Notes: generated by a model not told the origin, from the sequence alone. A DNA stretch of 64,000 nucleotides from an uncultured Alphaproteobacteria bacterium (GCA_944390895.1 CALXRQ010000003.1:5550-69549); one strand, 5' to 3'. Numbered from the stretch's first letter, positions 9,269 to 19,651 are shown. A program made the numbers and translations.

Positions 9269-11746
9269 ATGCTAAAGACATTATCTTCGCTGATCAGCAC
9301 GTTCTTTTTCTTTGCGGTAATCGCGTTTGTTTTTCTTATCAGCTCGCTGTGGGAATATGCCTCGCAGCTGCCTGATTATCATCAGTTGGCCAAATACGAG
9401 CCGGCGGTGACGACGCGCCTGTATGCCGGCGACGGAAGGCTTTTGATGGAATATGCCAACGAAAAGCGTTTGTTTGTGCCGGTTGACAAGATTCCCGACA
9501 AAGTCAAGCAGGCGTTTATTTCCGCGGAGGATAAAAACTTTTATCATCATGCCGGCATTGATTATTTCGGCATAGCCCGCGCCCTTGTCGGCAATTTGAA
9601 AAACATCGGCACCGGGCGCCGTCCGGCCGGCGCTTCGACCATAACGCAGCAGGTGGCCAAAAACTTTTTGCTTTCGTCCGAGCTTTCTTATACGCGCAAA
9701 ATCAAAGAGGCTATTCTGGCTACCCGCATGGAGCAGGCCTTCACCAAAGACCACATTTTGGAGCTCTATCTGAATGAAATTTATCTTGGCAACCGTTCTT
9801 ACGGCGTGGCCGCCGCGGCATTGAACTATTTCGGCAAGTCTTTAGACCAGCTTGATATTGAAGAGGTCGCCTATCTTGCCGCCCTGCCCAAAGGTCCGAA
9901 CAATTATAACCCCAAAACCAAGTACGAAGCGGCTGTCGGCCGCCGCAACTGGGTGATTGAACGCATGCGGGAAGAAGGGTATATCACCGAAGAAGAGGCT
10001 GCAGCCGCCCGGGACAAGCCGCTGAAAGTCGTTGACCGCGGCGATGCCTTTATCAAAGATGCCGATTATTTCAGTGAAGAAGTGCGCCGGGAAATCAGCG
10101 ACAAATTCGGCAAAGACGCATTGTATGAAGGCGGTCTGATCGTCCGTACCACCGTTGATCCGAAACTGCAGGAAATCGCAACCCGCGTTTTCCGCAAGGA
10201 GTTGGAAAATTACGATCTCCGCCACGGTTATCGCGGGCCTCTGGCCAATATTCCGCTGGATGGCGGATATAAGGAAGCCATGGAGAAAATCAATCTTCCC
10301 AAAGGAGCAAAAAACGGCTGGCTCAAAGCTGTTGTTCTGGAAGTGAAACCCGATAAAGCCGTTATTGAAACGGAAGGCGGCAGCAAAGGCGAAATTCCGC
10401 TTTCTTTGTTGTCATGGGCCAGAAAGACCTTGAAAAATCAAGGCGTCGGCGAGGCGCCGAAAACAGCCGATAAGGTTTTTACCCCGGGTGACGTTATTGT
10501 TGTGGAAAAGGTTTCCGCTTCCGTTGCCAAAAACAAGGGGCTGCCGGAAAACAGCTATAATCTTCGCCAGGTGCCCGATGTGGAAGGCGGCATGATTGTC
10601 TTGGATCCGCACACAGGCAAGGTTTTGGCTGCGGTTGGCGGCTATGATTTTTCCAAATCCCAGTTTAACCGGGCCACGCAGGCCAAGCGCCAGACCGGTT
10701 CCGCTTTCAAGCCGATTGTTTACATCACGGCGCTGGATAACGGCTATTCGCCGACGGATTTGATTTTAGATGCGCCGTTTGTCGCCGATCAGGGCCCCGG
10801 CCTGCCGAAATGGAAACCGGTTAACTATTCCAAGAAATTTTACGGACTGATGACGCTCCGGCAGGGAATTGAGCGTTCCAAAAACCTAATGACGGTTCGT
10901 CTGGCTCAGGATGTGGGGATGGACAAGGTTGCCGAATATGCCAAAAAGTTCGGCGTGAACGATCATCTGCCCCATCTGCTTTCCATGTCTCTCGGTGCCG
11001 GAGAAACCCATGTGATTGATATGGCGCGTGCTTATGGTATGATGGTGAATGGCGGCAAAGAAATTCAGCCTTATTTTATCGAACAAATTCAAGACCGCTT
11101 CGGCCGAACGATTCTGAAACAGGACAAGCGCGAATGCGCCAACTGCAATGTTGAGGCCTGGGGAGAAGGACAGCCGATTCCCGAACTTACCGACAACCGG
11201 GAACAGATTGTCGATCCGTTGACGGCATATCAGATGGTCAGCATTTTGGAAGGCGTTGCCATTCGCGGCACCGGTGCGCGTTTGCGCGGCCTAAACAAGC
11301 ATCTGGCCGGCAAGACCGGTACCAGCAACAATACGCAGGACGCCTGGTTTGTGGGCTTTTCTCCCGATCTGGTCGTAGCCGTTTATGTCGGTTTTGACGA
11401 ACCGCGTACTTTGGGACGCATTGAAACCGGAGCTGCTGCCGCTCTGCCGATTTTCTACGATTTTATGCAAGAGGCTTTGGCCAGCCAGCCGGACATTCCG
11501 TTCCGTATTCCGACCGGAATCAAACTGGTGCGCATCAATCATGACACAGGCAAACCGGCAACGCCTGCCGACAAGTCGGTTATCGTCGAAGCGTTGAAGC
11601 CCGATTTCGATTTTGATCGCAGCAAGCAGCGTGTTATCGGCGGCGGGGAAACTTCCGACGATAATGAAGCCGGAACGGCGGATGATAAAAATATGTTTGA
11701 AGCGTCCGAGGGCAATGACGATTTTCAGTTGGGTACACAATATTAA
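9269..11746 (+). CDS. mrcA: Penicillin-binding protein 1A (bifunctional glycosyltransferase/transpeptidase)
   Basis: N-terminal TM. GT51 motifs (SAEDKNFYHHAGID, TITQQVAKN). Transpeptidase SAFKP (SxxK) and KTGTS motifs. 825 aa. Confidence 0.88.
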   Translation: MLKTLSSLISTFFFFAVIAFVFLISSLWEYASQLPDYHQLAKYEPAVTTRLYAGDGRLLMEYANEKRLFVPVDKIPDKVKQAFISAEDKNFYHHAGIDYFGIARALVGNLKNIGTGRRPAGASTITQQVAKNFLLSSELSYTRKIKEAILATRMEQAFTKDHILELYLNEIYLGNRSYGVAAAALNYFGKSLDQLDIEEVAYLAALPKGPNNYNPKTKYEAAVGRRNWVIERMREEGYITEEEAAAARDKPLKVVDRGDAFIKDADYFSEEVRREISDKFGKDALYEGGLIVRTTVDPKLQEIATRVFRKELENYDLRHGYRGPLANIPLDGGYKEAMEKINLPKGAKNGWLKAVVLEVKPDKAVIETEGGSKGEIPLSLLSWARKTLKNQGVGEAPKTADKVFTPGDVIVVEKVSASVAKNKGLPENSYNLRQVPDVEGGMIVLDPHTGKVLAAVGGYDFSKSQFNRATQAKRQTGSAFKPIVYITALDNGYSPTDLILDAPFVADQGPGLPKWKPVNYSKKFYGLMTLRQGIERSKNLMTVRLAQDVGMDKVAEYAKKFGVNDHLPHLLSMSLGAGETHVIDMARAYGMMVNGGKEIQPYFIEQIQDRFGRTILKQDKRECANCNVEAWGEGQPIPELTDNREQIVDPLTAYQMVSILEGVAIRGTGARLRGLNKHLAGKTGTSNNTQDAWFVGFSPDLVVAVYVGFDEPRTLGRIETGAAAALPIFYDFMQEALASQPDIPFRIPTGIKLVRINHDTGKPATPADKSVIVEALKPDFDFDRSKQRVIGGGETSDDNEAGTADDKNMFEASEGNDDFQLGTQY

Positions 11747-11765
11747 GCCATAAGGATAACGTATA

Positions 11766-12864
11766 ATGCGAGCCGAAATAATAGAGATAACCGATCACAT
11801 CAAGCAATCGTTGGAATTGCTGAGGAGGTCTCTTTGACTACGACAACGCGATTTTGCGTCTGGAAGAATTAAATACGCTGACGGCCGACGCCGATTTGTG
11901 GTCGGAGCCGGAAAAAGCGCAGAAGCTGATGAGCGAGAAAAATACGCTCGAAACCAATCTTGAAAATTTTCAGGCTATGCAACAGGCTTTGGATGATTAT
12001 CAGGGGCTGGCCGAAATGGCCGACGCCGAAAATGACGAAGCGGTTTTGGATGAGGTCTATGCGCATCTTGTCGAATTGCAGGCGCAGACCAAACGCGGCG
12101 AACTGGAAGCGCTTCTTTCAGGAGAGGTTGACGCCAATGACGCTTTTCTTGAAATCCATTCCGGCAGCGGCGGAACCGAGGCGCAGGACTGGGCTGAAAT
12201 GCTGCTGCGTATGTATACCCGCTGGGCGGAAGCGCACAAATACAAAGTGGAATATGTTGAGGAAGAAGAGGGCGATGTTGCCGGCATCAAGTCGGTGACC
12301 GTCAAAATCATCGGCCGCAATGCCTACGGCTGGCTGAAATCCGAGACCGGCGTTCATCGTCTGGTGCGGATTTCTCCTTTTGACAGCAATGCCCGCCGCC
12401 ATACCAGTTTTGCCTCTGTCGGAGTTTATCCGGTAATTGATGACGAAATTCAGATTGAGATAAACGAGGCCGATTGCCGCGTCGACACATACCGGGCTTC
12501 GGGTGCCGGCGGACAGCATATTAACAAAACCGATTCCGCGGTGCGGATTACGCATATTCCGACCGGCATCGTGGTACAGTGCCAAAACCAGCGTTCTCAG
12601 TTTCAAAATCGTGAGAGCGCATGGAATATGCTCAAGGCCAGACTGTATGAAATGGAGTTGAAAAAACGCGAAGCCGCGGCCGAACAGGCAAGGGACAATC
12701 AGGGCGACAACGGCTGGGGCTATCAGATCAGGTCCTATGTTTTGCAGCCCTATAAACTGGTCAAAGATCTGCGTACCGAGGTGGAAACTTCCGATACCAA
12801 GGCGGTGTTGGACGGCGACATAGATTTGTTTTTGGCTGCGTCTCTTGCGCAAAAGGTAGGGTAA
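11766..12864 (+). CDS. prfB: Peptide chain release factor 2, with programmed +1 ribosomal frameshift at codon CUU-UGA (11832-11838)
   Basis: Frame 0 from ATG 11766 gives MRAEIIEITDHIKQSLELLRRSL* and ends at TGA 11835-11837. The +1 frame continues as DYDNAILRLEELN...GGQHINKTDSAVRITHIPTGIVVQCQNQRSQ (GGQ motif, SPF-like region) to 12864. Confidence 0.88.
11822..11838 (+). promoter_or_regulatory. prfB autoregulatory frameshift site: internal SD-like GAGGAGG, then UCU CUU UGA C
   Basis: gaggaggtCTCTTTGAC read directly from the sequence. It matches the canonical RF2 frameshift context (SD-like element 3 nt upstream of CUU UGA C). Confidence 0.85.
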
Positions 12865-12865
12865 A

Positions 12866-13693
12866 ATGAAAAAAATTGTTAAATATGCGCTTGGAATTGC
12901 AGTTGTGGTTTATGTCGGTTTTTGCTCGTTGGTTTATTTCTGTCCGCAGTATTTCTTTTACAATCCGACGCATCGGGCTTCAAACTTGGAATATGCCCGC
13001 CAAAACGGATATCCGGCCGACCGCGTCGATTATAAGTCGGCTGACGGAAAAGAGCTTTATGCCTGGTACACCGCACCCGGATATCAGCATAAAATCATCG
13101 TCTTTATGCATGGCAATTCTTATAACATTGAAAAGTTTTACCATAAGATGATACCTTTTGTCGAAGCCGGTTATGGCACGTTGATGCCGGAATACCGCGG
13201 TTTTGGCGACATCAGCGGCAAAATTCGCCAGCAAAACCTTGAAAACGATGCGCTGGCCGCCGTCAATTATCTGCATTCTCTGGGCTATAAAAATTCGGAT
13301 ATAATCGTTTACGGTATGTCTTTGGGGTCGCATATGGCGGTCAATACCGTCTGGCAGCTGCAAAAAGAAGCCCCTTTTGCGGCGCTGGTCTTGGAAGTTC
13401 CGTTTGACAGCCTGCTCAATACGGTCAAGGCCGTGGTGCCGGTTCCCCTGCCTTTTGATTATATTGTCCGCGACAAATATGATAATACTTCTATGGTTAA
13501 AGACATAAGAAGCCCGGTTCTCGTTATGGGCGGCAGCCAGGATCCGACGGTTCCGGTTCATTTGGCAAAAAATTTGTTTGCTTTGGCGCCGCAGCCCAAA
13601 AAAATGATTATATATGAAGGCGGAGCCCACAACGATTTGTACAACTTCCGCAACTATAACGATGTTTTGAACTGGCTGGCAAAAGGAAAATAA
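12866..13693 (+). CDS. Alpha/beta hydrolase fold protein (membrane-anchored esterase/lipase-like)
   Basis: N-terminal TM. GMSLGS nucleophile elbow (GxSxG). HGN oxyanion region. 275 aa. Confidence 0.6.
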   Translation: MKKIVKYALGIAVVVYVGFCSLVYFCPQYFFYNPTHRASNLEYARQNGYPADRVDYKSADGKELYAWYTAPGYQHKIIVFMHGNSYNIEKFYHKMIPFVEAGYGTLMPEYRGFGDISGKIRQQNLENDALAAVNYLHSLGYKNSDIIVYGMSLGSHMAVNTVWQLQKEAPFAALVLEVPFDSLLNTVKAVVPVPLPFDYIVRDKYDNTSMVKDIRSPVLVMGGSQDPTVPVHLAKNLFALAPQPKKMIIYEGGAHNDLYNFRNYNDVLNWLAKGK

Positions 13694-16600
13694 TGAAAAA
13701 ACTGAGTCCCAAAATATATAAAATCCGCAAGATAATGGATTTTACGGGAGTCATCTTCCTGGTTTTGCTGCTTCTGTTTATCTGGCAGCTTTATCGGGGG
13801 CCCATCGCCGTGCCTTTTTTGAAGCCGTATATCATCAAGGCGCTGAACCGTGATGACAGTCAGTATCAGGTCACGCTGGATGCGGTCAACATTGAGCTGG
13901 TTCGCTCCATTCGTCCGCTCAAGATTATTGCGACCAACGTGGATTATCGGAAAAATGACGGGGAGATTAAGATTACGGCGCCGAAAACATCTTTGTCTTT
14001 CAGCATTAAGGCTCTGCTGAAGGGCGTGATTGCGCCGAGTTCGGTGAACGTCATCAACCCGACGGTGTATATTTTTACCGATTACGGCACCAAAGAAGTC
14101 GGTAAAAATGAGGTCAACCAGAAAAAACTGGAATATTACTTTGACTATTTTGAAGAGTTTATTGAGCGTTTTAATTCTGAGGACAAATCATATCCCGAAA
14201 GCTATATTAACGATATCACAATCGAAAATGCGGAAGTGGAGTTTCATGAGGTCGATTTGGGGCGCAAATGGGTATTTTCGGATCTGAATTACAAATTCGA
14301 ACGCAACTTTTTGAACATAGAGAGCGAATTTAATGCCTTGATAAAAAAAGACGATCGTCTGTCTTCCGTCGGGGTGGACGCCGAATATCGCCCGTCTTCT
14401 GAAAAACTGGCTTTTCGTTTTTATTTTTCGGATTTGGTTCCCGATGATATTATCAATACCGTGCTTGGCGAAGACGAAGCCCGCGACTGGTATAAAATCA
14501 ATGTTCCCGTCAGCGGTCGGGTCGATGCCCTCATAAATTTTGACCAAGTGCTCAAAAACAAGGATAATGTTATCAAAAGTCTGGATACGGCAGTTGAAAA
14601 AATAAACTTTAATTTTGAAGGCGGCAGCGGTACGGTAGCCTTTTCCGAGCATGAAGACCAAAATTATAATATCAGCGGATTTATGCTGGAGGGCGATTTG
14701 ACCGGCGGTCTTGACAAACTGAAAATTGAAAATGCCGGTTTTGACCTCGGCGGCCAGAAAGCTTCTTTCAGCGTTTATGTCAGCGGCGTTAAGGATTATC
14801 TGCTGAAAAAATCCGTTGAAAATTTGAATGTGAACATAAACGCCAAGGTTGCCGCGCTTAAGTTTGACGAACTTTACGACTACTGGCCCCGCTACCTCGG
14901 CACGGTTGCCTGGGATTGGTGCAAGGAAAGCATTTCCGGCGGAGAAATTAAAAATGCCGATTTCAATTTTGATTTCGGTTACGATACCAAAAACAAAAAA
15001 TTTGCATTTCGCAAATTGTCGGGCACCGGACAGATTGCCGATTCTAATTTGAACTATCTGGAAGGTATGCCGTTGATTACCAATATGTACGGCACGGCAA
15101 CGTTTACGAACGATACGATTAAGATTGACGTGGACAAGGCCGTTTCGGACAATGTTTTCGTTAACGGCGGATATGTGCGTCTGTATGATTTGGATAAGTA
15201 CGACAATTTTGCCGATATCAGTCTTGAAGCGGAATCCAGCATAGCCGACGCGCTTAAGCTCATTGACCATAAGCCGTTGAACTATGCCTCCGAAATGGGG
15301 CTCAAACCCGATGATATGAAAGGCAATGCCAAAACCAAACTGAAGCTTGACTTTGAATTGAAAAAAAATCTGGAGCCGGAAGAAGTAAAGGTTGATGTCA
15401 AGTCCGAATTAACAGACGTTGAAATCCCTGATATCATTGACAAGAAAGCGGTAAAGGCACCCAAGCTTGCTCTGGATGTTACCAACAGCGGCATGAATCT
15501 CAGCGGCGATATAGAGCTGGACGGCATTCCGGCCAAATTGGTCTGGAACGAAAACTTTACCGACAAAAAGTACAAAAGCCGCTATAATATATCTTTCAAA
15601 CTTGACGATGACATCAAAAAGAAGCTGGGCATCAACATAGATGCGATTAATGCGCCGTATATCAGCGGCTATATTTTGGTTGATGCCGAGATTACCAGTT
15701 TTGACGATAACCGCCTGCAAATAGACATCAACGGCAATCTGGCCAATGCCGCGGTTGACTATTCGTTTCTGGGACTGAGAAAATATTTGAATCAGCCCGG
15801 AAAAGTTAATGCGCGGCTGAATTTCAAAGACAACAAGCTGACGGATATTCCGAACCTGAGCATTACCAAACACGACTTCAGTCTTAAGGGCAAAATCGGT
15901 CTGAACAAGGATGGCGACGTCAATCTGGTGGATATTTACAGCATCAAGGCGCCCAAAACCGATGCCAAGGCCAAAATTGAATTGAGCTATAAGCCAAAGA
16001 AAAAAGTCAAAATCAACGTCTCGGGCAACAGCTACGATTTGTCGGAGTTTTTTGCCAAAGATGAAAATGCAAAATCCAAGCAGTCTTCGTCCGGCAAAAA
16101 GCGTTCAAAAAACGCTGACAAAGACGAACTGGAAGACGTGACCGATACGGATATCTTCATTGCCGTAAACAGCTTGTGGACCAACGAGTTTGTTTCGGTC
16201 AAAAACTTTGCCGGTTCGGCTCAGCTGCGTAACGGCGTCGGAATTCAGGAAATGCATCTGATCGGCAATTTCGGCGGGGATTCAAAACGTTTCCTGAAAC
16301 TGGACTATACGCCGCGGGCCAATAAGGAATATCTGCTGGCTGTGGAAAGTAACGATGCCGGCGGCACGCTGAAGTTTTTGCGGGTTTATGACTATATGCG
16401 CGGCGGCCGTTTAAGCATCAACGGCAAACGGGATAAAAACAAAAAATTTGTCGGCCACGCCAAAATCCGTGATTTCAGCATCTATAATACGCCGATTTTG
16501 GCCAAGCTGCTGACGGTTGCCTCTTTTACCGGAATGTTGAATCTTCTGACCGGTGAAGGAATGACGTTTTCGCATTTCGACGCGCCGTTCGAATATCAAA

Positions 16601-16920
16601 ATCAGGTGTTGACCCTGAAAGATTCTAAAGCGTTCGGCAATGTTATGGGGCTCACGGCCAAAGGCACCTATGACCGCGAATATGAGGAGTTTAATATTGA
16701 AGGAACCATTGCGCCGGCTTATGGATTGAATACGTTTATCGGCAAAATCCCTGTCGTCGGAAACCTGCTCAGCAGCAAAGACGGAACGGTTTTTGCCGCC
16801 AATTATTCAATCACCGGTTATCTGGATGATCCCAAAATCAGCATCAACCCGTTGTCTGCGTTAAGTCCGGGATCGTTAAAAGACTTGTGGTCTTCGCTGT
16901 TTGGAGGCAATGACAAATAA
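13693..16920 (+). CDS. AsmA/YhdP-like large envelope protein (DUF3971/AsmA_2-like C-terminus)
   Basis: 1075 aa. Single N-terminal TM (VIFLVLLLLFIWQLY). Long beta-rich body. Conserved C-terminal ...ITGYLDDPKISINPLSALSPGSLKDLW, typical of the AsmA-like/YhdP family. Confidence 0.5.
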   Translation: MKKLSPKIYKIRKIMDFTGVIFLVLLLLFIWQLYRGPIAVPFLKPYIIKALNRDDSQYQVTLDAVNIELVRSIRPLKIIATNVDYRKNDGEIKITAPKTSLSFSIKALLKGVIAPSSVNVINPTVYIFTDYGTKEVGKNEVNQKKLEYYFDYFEEFIERFNSEDKSYPESYINDITIENAEVEFHEVDLGRKWVFSDLNYKFERNFLNIESEFNALIKKDDRLSSVGVDAEYRPSSEKLAFRFYFSDLVPDDIINTVLGEDEARDWYKINVPVSGRVDALINFDQVLKNKDNVIKSLDTAVEKINFNFEGGSGTVAFSEHEDQNYNISGFMLEGDLTGGLDKLKIENAGFDLGGQKASFSVYVSGVKDYLLKKSVENLNVNINAKVAALKFDELYDYWPRYLGTVAWDWCKESISGGEIKNADFNFDFGYDTKNKKFAFRKLSGTGQIADSNLNYLEGMPLITNMYGTATFTNDTIKIDVDKAVSDNVFVNGGYVRLYDLDKYDNFADISLEAESSIADALKLIDHKPLNYASEMGLKPDDMKGNAKTKLKLDFELKKNLEPEEVKVDVKSELTDVEIPDIIDKKAVKAPKLALDVTNSGMNLSGDIELDGIPAKLVWNENFTDKKYKSRYNISFKLDDDIKKKLGINIDAINAPYISGYILVDAEITSFDDNRLQIDINGNLANAAVDYSFLGLRKYLNQPGKVNARLNFKDNKLTDIPNLSITKHDFSLKGKIGLNKDGDVNLVDIYSIKAPKTDAKAKIELSYKPKKKVKINVSGNSYDLSEFFAKDENAKSKQSSSGKKRSKNADKDELEDVTDTDIFIAVNSLWTNEFVSVKNFAGSAQLRNGVGIQEMHLIGNFGGDSKRFLKLDYTPRANKEYLLAVESNDAGGTLKFLRVYDYMRGGRLSINGKRDKNKKFVGHAKIRDFSIYNTPILAKLLTVASFTGMLNLLTGEGMTFSHFDAPFEYQNQVLTLKDSKAFGNVMGLTAKGTYDREYEEFNIEGTIAPAYGLNTFIGKIPVVGNLLSSKDGTVFAANYSITGYLDDPKISINPLSALSPGSLKDLWSSLFGGNDK

Positions 16921-17405
16921 TGCGGCATGATATAAAAATCGGCTTGGATTTTCATGGTGTCATTACCAAACATCCTGAATATTTCAGCGAATTTTGCCGT
17001 CGTGCTCTGAGCTGCGGTTATGAAATCCACATCATTACCGGGGGACCCCGGAAAGTGGTGGAAGAATATTTGCGCAAGCATCAGATTCCCTATACGGTTG
17101 TTTTTGCCATTTTGGATTATTATGACGAACGGGGAGTCGTCAAGTTTTTTGACAACGGCGAATTTAAGGTTCCCGACCGGCTTTGGAACTCGGCAAAAGC
17201 GGAATATTGCATAACCAAAGGCATTAATATGCATATTGATGACAGTACGCAGTACGCCAAATGGTTTACGACGCCGTTTTGCCATTATGATGCCAAAACT
17301 CAAAAATGCCTGACCTCAGAAAACATAGAAATAGATTTTTCCAAAGATGCCGATATTGCCTTAAGCCAAATTGCCGATATTGTGAAAAAATTGCAGTTCT
17401 TCTGA
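16920..17405 (+). CDS. Hypothetical protein, weak HAD-like features
   Basis: 161 aa. IGLDFHGVIT (DxD-like motif I with His substitution) and MHIDDS (motif IV-like). Assignment is weak. Confidence 0.35.
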   Translation: MRHDIKIGLDFHGVITKHPEYFSEFCRRALSCGYEIHIITGGPRKVVEEYLRKHQIPYTVVFAILDYYDERGVVKFFDNGEFKVPDRLWNSAKAEYCITKGINMHIDDSTQYAKWFTTPFCHYDAKTQKCLTSENIEIDFSKDADIALSQIADIVKKLQFF

Positions 17406-17424
17406 AAAAAAGATCTGACAGATT

Positions 17425-17670
17425 TTATTCCGGTTTGATGAACATACTGCGCAAGGCTGCCATTCGTTTCTGTTTCAGAATCAGTTCATTTCTGCGGGTT
17501 TGTTTTTGCAGCCGCCGCTGTTTGGCAATGAGTAAAGTTTCTTTCAGACATTGACGATCCAAAGAAAGGCCGATGTTTTCCAACTCGTAGTCACGGGGGA
17601 GATAATTATATTTGTTTTCCAGTTCATTCAGTTTGGCGTCACTGAGTTGCAGATATTTTTTTATGTTCAT
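17425..17670 (-). CDS. Hypothetical small basic coiled-coil protein downstream of the phage repressor
   Basis: 81-aa ORF on the same strand immediately after the CI-like gene. K/R/Q-rich. Confidence 0.3.
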   Translation of the reverse strand: MNIKKYLQLSDAKLNELENKYNYLPRDYELENIGLSLDRQCLKETLLIAKQRRLQKQTRRNELILKQKRMAALRSMFIKPE

Positions 17671-17682
17671 AAGATTCTCTTT

Positions 17683-18312
17683 TTATTGTCCGGCCCAGAC
17701 GATGCGGTGTACCAGTTTCACGCTGCTGATGGCAATTTCGATATTTTCGTTGTCGCGCAACAGGTGTTTCAATATCAGGCTTGCAGCCGTTCTACGGACA
17801 AATTCATATAAGACGGCGGTACAGTCTTTTTTATAAACGACAACCCGATCTCCTTTACGGATGTCAGAGTTGCTGGCCGCCAAAATCACCGAACCGTCAC
17901 GATAGAGAGGAAAATATTCCTCATTGTCGATCTCTATGGCATAAAGCATATCTTTGTTGTCCGGAAAAATGATTTTTTTCCAGGAAGACGTGTTAAGTTC
18001 TCTGGCGATAAAGTCGTTTTTTTTGTTCAACTGGGAATATTTTATAAACGGAATCAATGGTTCGCTGCAGTCAATATCATCTTCAGCAGTGTCGCCCAGA
18101 GAGTAAAATTCTTCAAAATTCAGGCCGCATGTTTCCAGGATTTTGTTTATGCTTTCCATGGATGGCCATCTCTTGTTTCCGTCGGGACGGGTTCTCTTGC
18201 TTTTGTTAAATGTGGTCGCGTCAAGCCCGGCCAGTTTTGCCAGTCCAGAAGGTGACAATCCTTTGCTCTTGGCCAACTTATCAACAGCATTCCATATCTG
18301 TTCGTATTTCAT
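17683..18312 (-). CDS. Phage CI/LexA-type repressor (N-terminal HTH, C-terminal S24 peptidase-like domain)
   Basis: 209 aa. N-terminal HTH region WNAVDKLAKSKGLSPSGLAKLAGLDATTFNKSKR. C-terminal S24-like fold ...GDRVVVYKKDCTAVLYEF.... Divergent from the phage-like gene block. Confidence 0.78.
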   Translation of the reverse strand: MKYEQIWNAVDKLAKSKGLSPSGLAKLAGLDATTFNKSKRTRPDGNKRWPSMESINKILETCGLNFEEFYSLGDTAEDDIDCSEPLIPFIKYSQLNKKNDFIARELNTSSWKKIIFPDNKDMLYAIEIDNEEYFPLYRDGSVILAASNSDIRKGDRVVVYKKDCTAVLYEFVRRTAASLILKHLLRDNENIEIAISSVKLVHRIVWAGQ

Positions 18313-18370
18313 ATGAATACCTCTCCGTCTTGTTTTCTGGACGATATAATCACTATAAAATATTTTTAAA

Positions 18371-18447
18371 TAGGAATCAATTCTTTTTTATGTTGAAATT
18401 CCTACAACCTTATATATAAATTCTATTGGTTAACAATTAATTAATTG
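18371..18447. promoter_or_regulatory. Candidate operator/switch region between repressor and first rightward gene
   Basis: Inverted repeat TAGGAAT-N20-ATTCCTA (18371-18404) and a perfect 14-bp palindrome CAATTAATTAATTG (18434-18447) in an AT-rich divergent intergenic region. Confidence 0.35.
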
Positions 18448-18457
18448 AGAGGGAGAA

Positions 18458-18787
18458 ATGAGGGAAGATTTTGAACCTTTTGAAAACGCTGAAGAAGTTT
18501 GGTTCTGGTTTTGCACTTCAGCTTCTGCCAGAAGCGAAGGTCTGCGCTCAAAGAGCGATTATTGGGGAAAGCCGCGGTGCTGTGAACTGCCTGATATTCA
18601 GCAGATTATAAAGCAGATGAAACGTAACCGTCATCTGAACAACCGCCAGTTGCGCGTTATGGTCAAATGGGGACAGCTTCAGGTTCCGCCCTATTATGAG
18701 CGCAGCGCCAAAAGAAGCGAAATACGTCTGTGGGAAACGGCGATGCTGAATTTTGAGTTTTATCTGAAACGGCGACGCATACTTTAA
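18458..18787 (+). CDS. Hypothetical phage-like protein
   Basis: 109-aa ORF, first gene rightward of the repressor. GGAG-like SD (gagagggagaaATG). Confidence 0.45.
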   Translation: MREDFEPFENAEEVWFWFCTSASARSEGLRSKSDYWGKPRCCELPDIQQIIKQMKRNRHLNNRQLRVMVKWGQLQVPPYYERSAKRSEIRLWETAMLNFEFYLKRRRIL

Positions 18788-18798
18788 CGGGAGGCCTT

Positions 18799-19206
18799 AT
18801 GCGTAATTTGTATGATGATGTTTATTTCCGCCGCGGATATGTCGTATTTGAGGACAATACCACTCTGTGGTGGCTGCGTTTGCTGAAAAAGGGTTTCCGT
18901 CATTGTTATGTTCTGATAAAGCTGCGCGGAGGAAGAAATTCCTGGCTGGAGATCAATCCGCTGTCCAATCAGCTTGTTGTTTGCGAACATTATTCCTCGT
19001 CAGAGGAAGATTATCTTATCCGTTTGCGCCGGCGCCAGAATTGCCGTGTCATTGCCGCAGATTTTGTTCAGGCGCCGCCAAAATGTGCTCCGCTGGGCGT
19101 TTTCAGCTGTGTGGAATTTGTCAAAAGAATAGTCGGCATACATTGTTTTGGTATAATTACACCTTATCAATTGTATAAAAAATTAAAAAAAATCTCAAAA
19201 TTGTAG
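18799..19206 (+). CDS. Hypothetical phage-like protein
   Basis: 135-aa ORF tightly following the previous gene. Confidence 0.45.
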   Translation: MRNLYDDVYFRRGYVVFEDNTTLWWLRLLKKGFRHCYVLIKLRGGRNSWLEINPLSNQLVVCEHYSSSEEDYLIRLRRRQNCRVIAADFVQAPPKCAPLGVFSCVEFVKRIVGIHCFGIITPYQLYKKLKKISKL

Positions 19207-19217
19207 GAAAAAAGTCT

Positions 19218-19246
19218 TGACAAGCTGATTTTTTTCATATATACCG
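19218..19246 (+). promoter_or_regulatory. Sigma-70-like promoter upstream of the terminase region
   Basis: TTGACA (19218-19223), then a 15-nt spacer, then TATATA. Confidence 0.3.
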
Positions 19247-19336
19247 TAAAACATCACTTGCTAGTAGTGTATCTTAAATAAGTTAAGGGCTCTTTAACCG
19301 CATGCCGGTTTGGAGCTTTTTTTATTGGAGTTTTTT

Positions 19337-19651
19337 ATGTCTGCAAGGAAAATAAAAACGCTTCAGTCTTTGAAAGATGCATTGAAAAAAACGCTGCCGC
19401 AGCAAATCTCAAAAGTAATCCGCAGTTATGAGGATTTTTCCGAACAGCCGGTGCCCTGCGATGCCAAGGGGTTCGGAGCGCATCACAATGCCTGCAAATC
19501 GGCGGTGGTGCATGCCGAAACGCTTCTCAAGCTGGCCCGCTGGACCGAAGACGAGATAAAACTGCCGCCTGCGGAAGAAACGGACGGTTTTTTAGAACGT
19601 TTGCTTAACGAAGCAGAAGCGGAATGTGAACAATTTAAGGACGAAGAATGA
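19337..19651 (+). CDS. Hypothetical protein immediately upstream of, and overlapping, the terminase large subunit; possible small terminase subunit
   Basis: About 104 aa from MSARKIKTLQ (GGAG SD). Its stop overlaps the terminase ATG (ATGA). The positional argument is the only evidence. Confidence 0.35.
   Translation: MSARKIKTLQSLKDALKKTLPQQISKVIRSYEDFSEQPVPCDAKGFGAHHNACKSAVVHAETLLKLARWTEDEIKLPPAEETDGFLERLLNEAEAECEQFKDEE

Noticed and set aside
14188-15270. 360-aa - strand ORF inside the AsmA-like gene
   Set aside because: Antisense shadow of a 1075-aa gene with clear N- and C-terminal family signatures.
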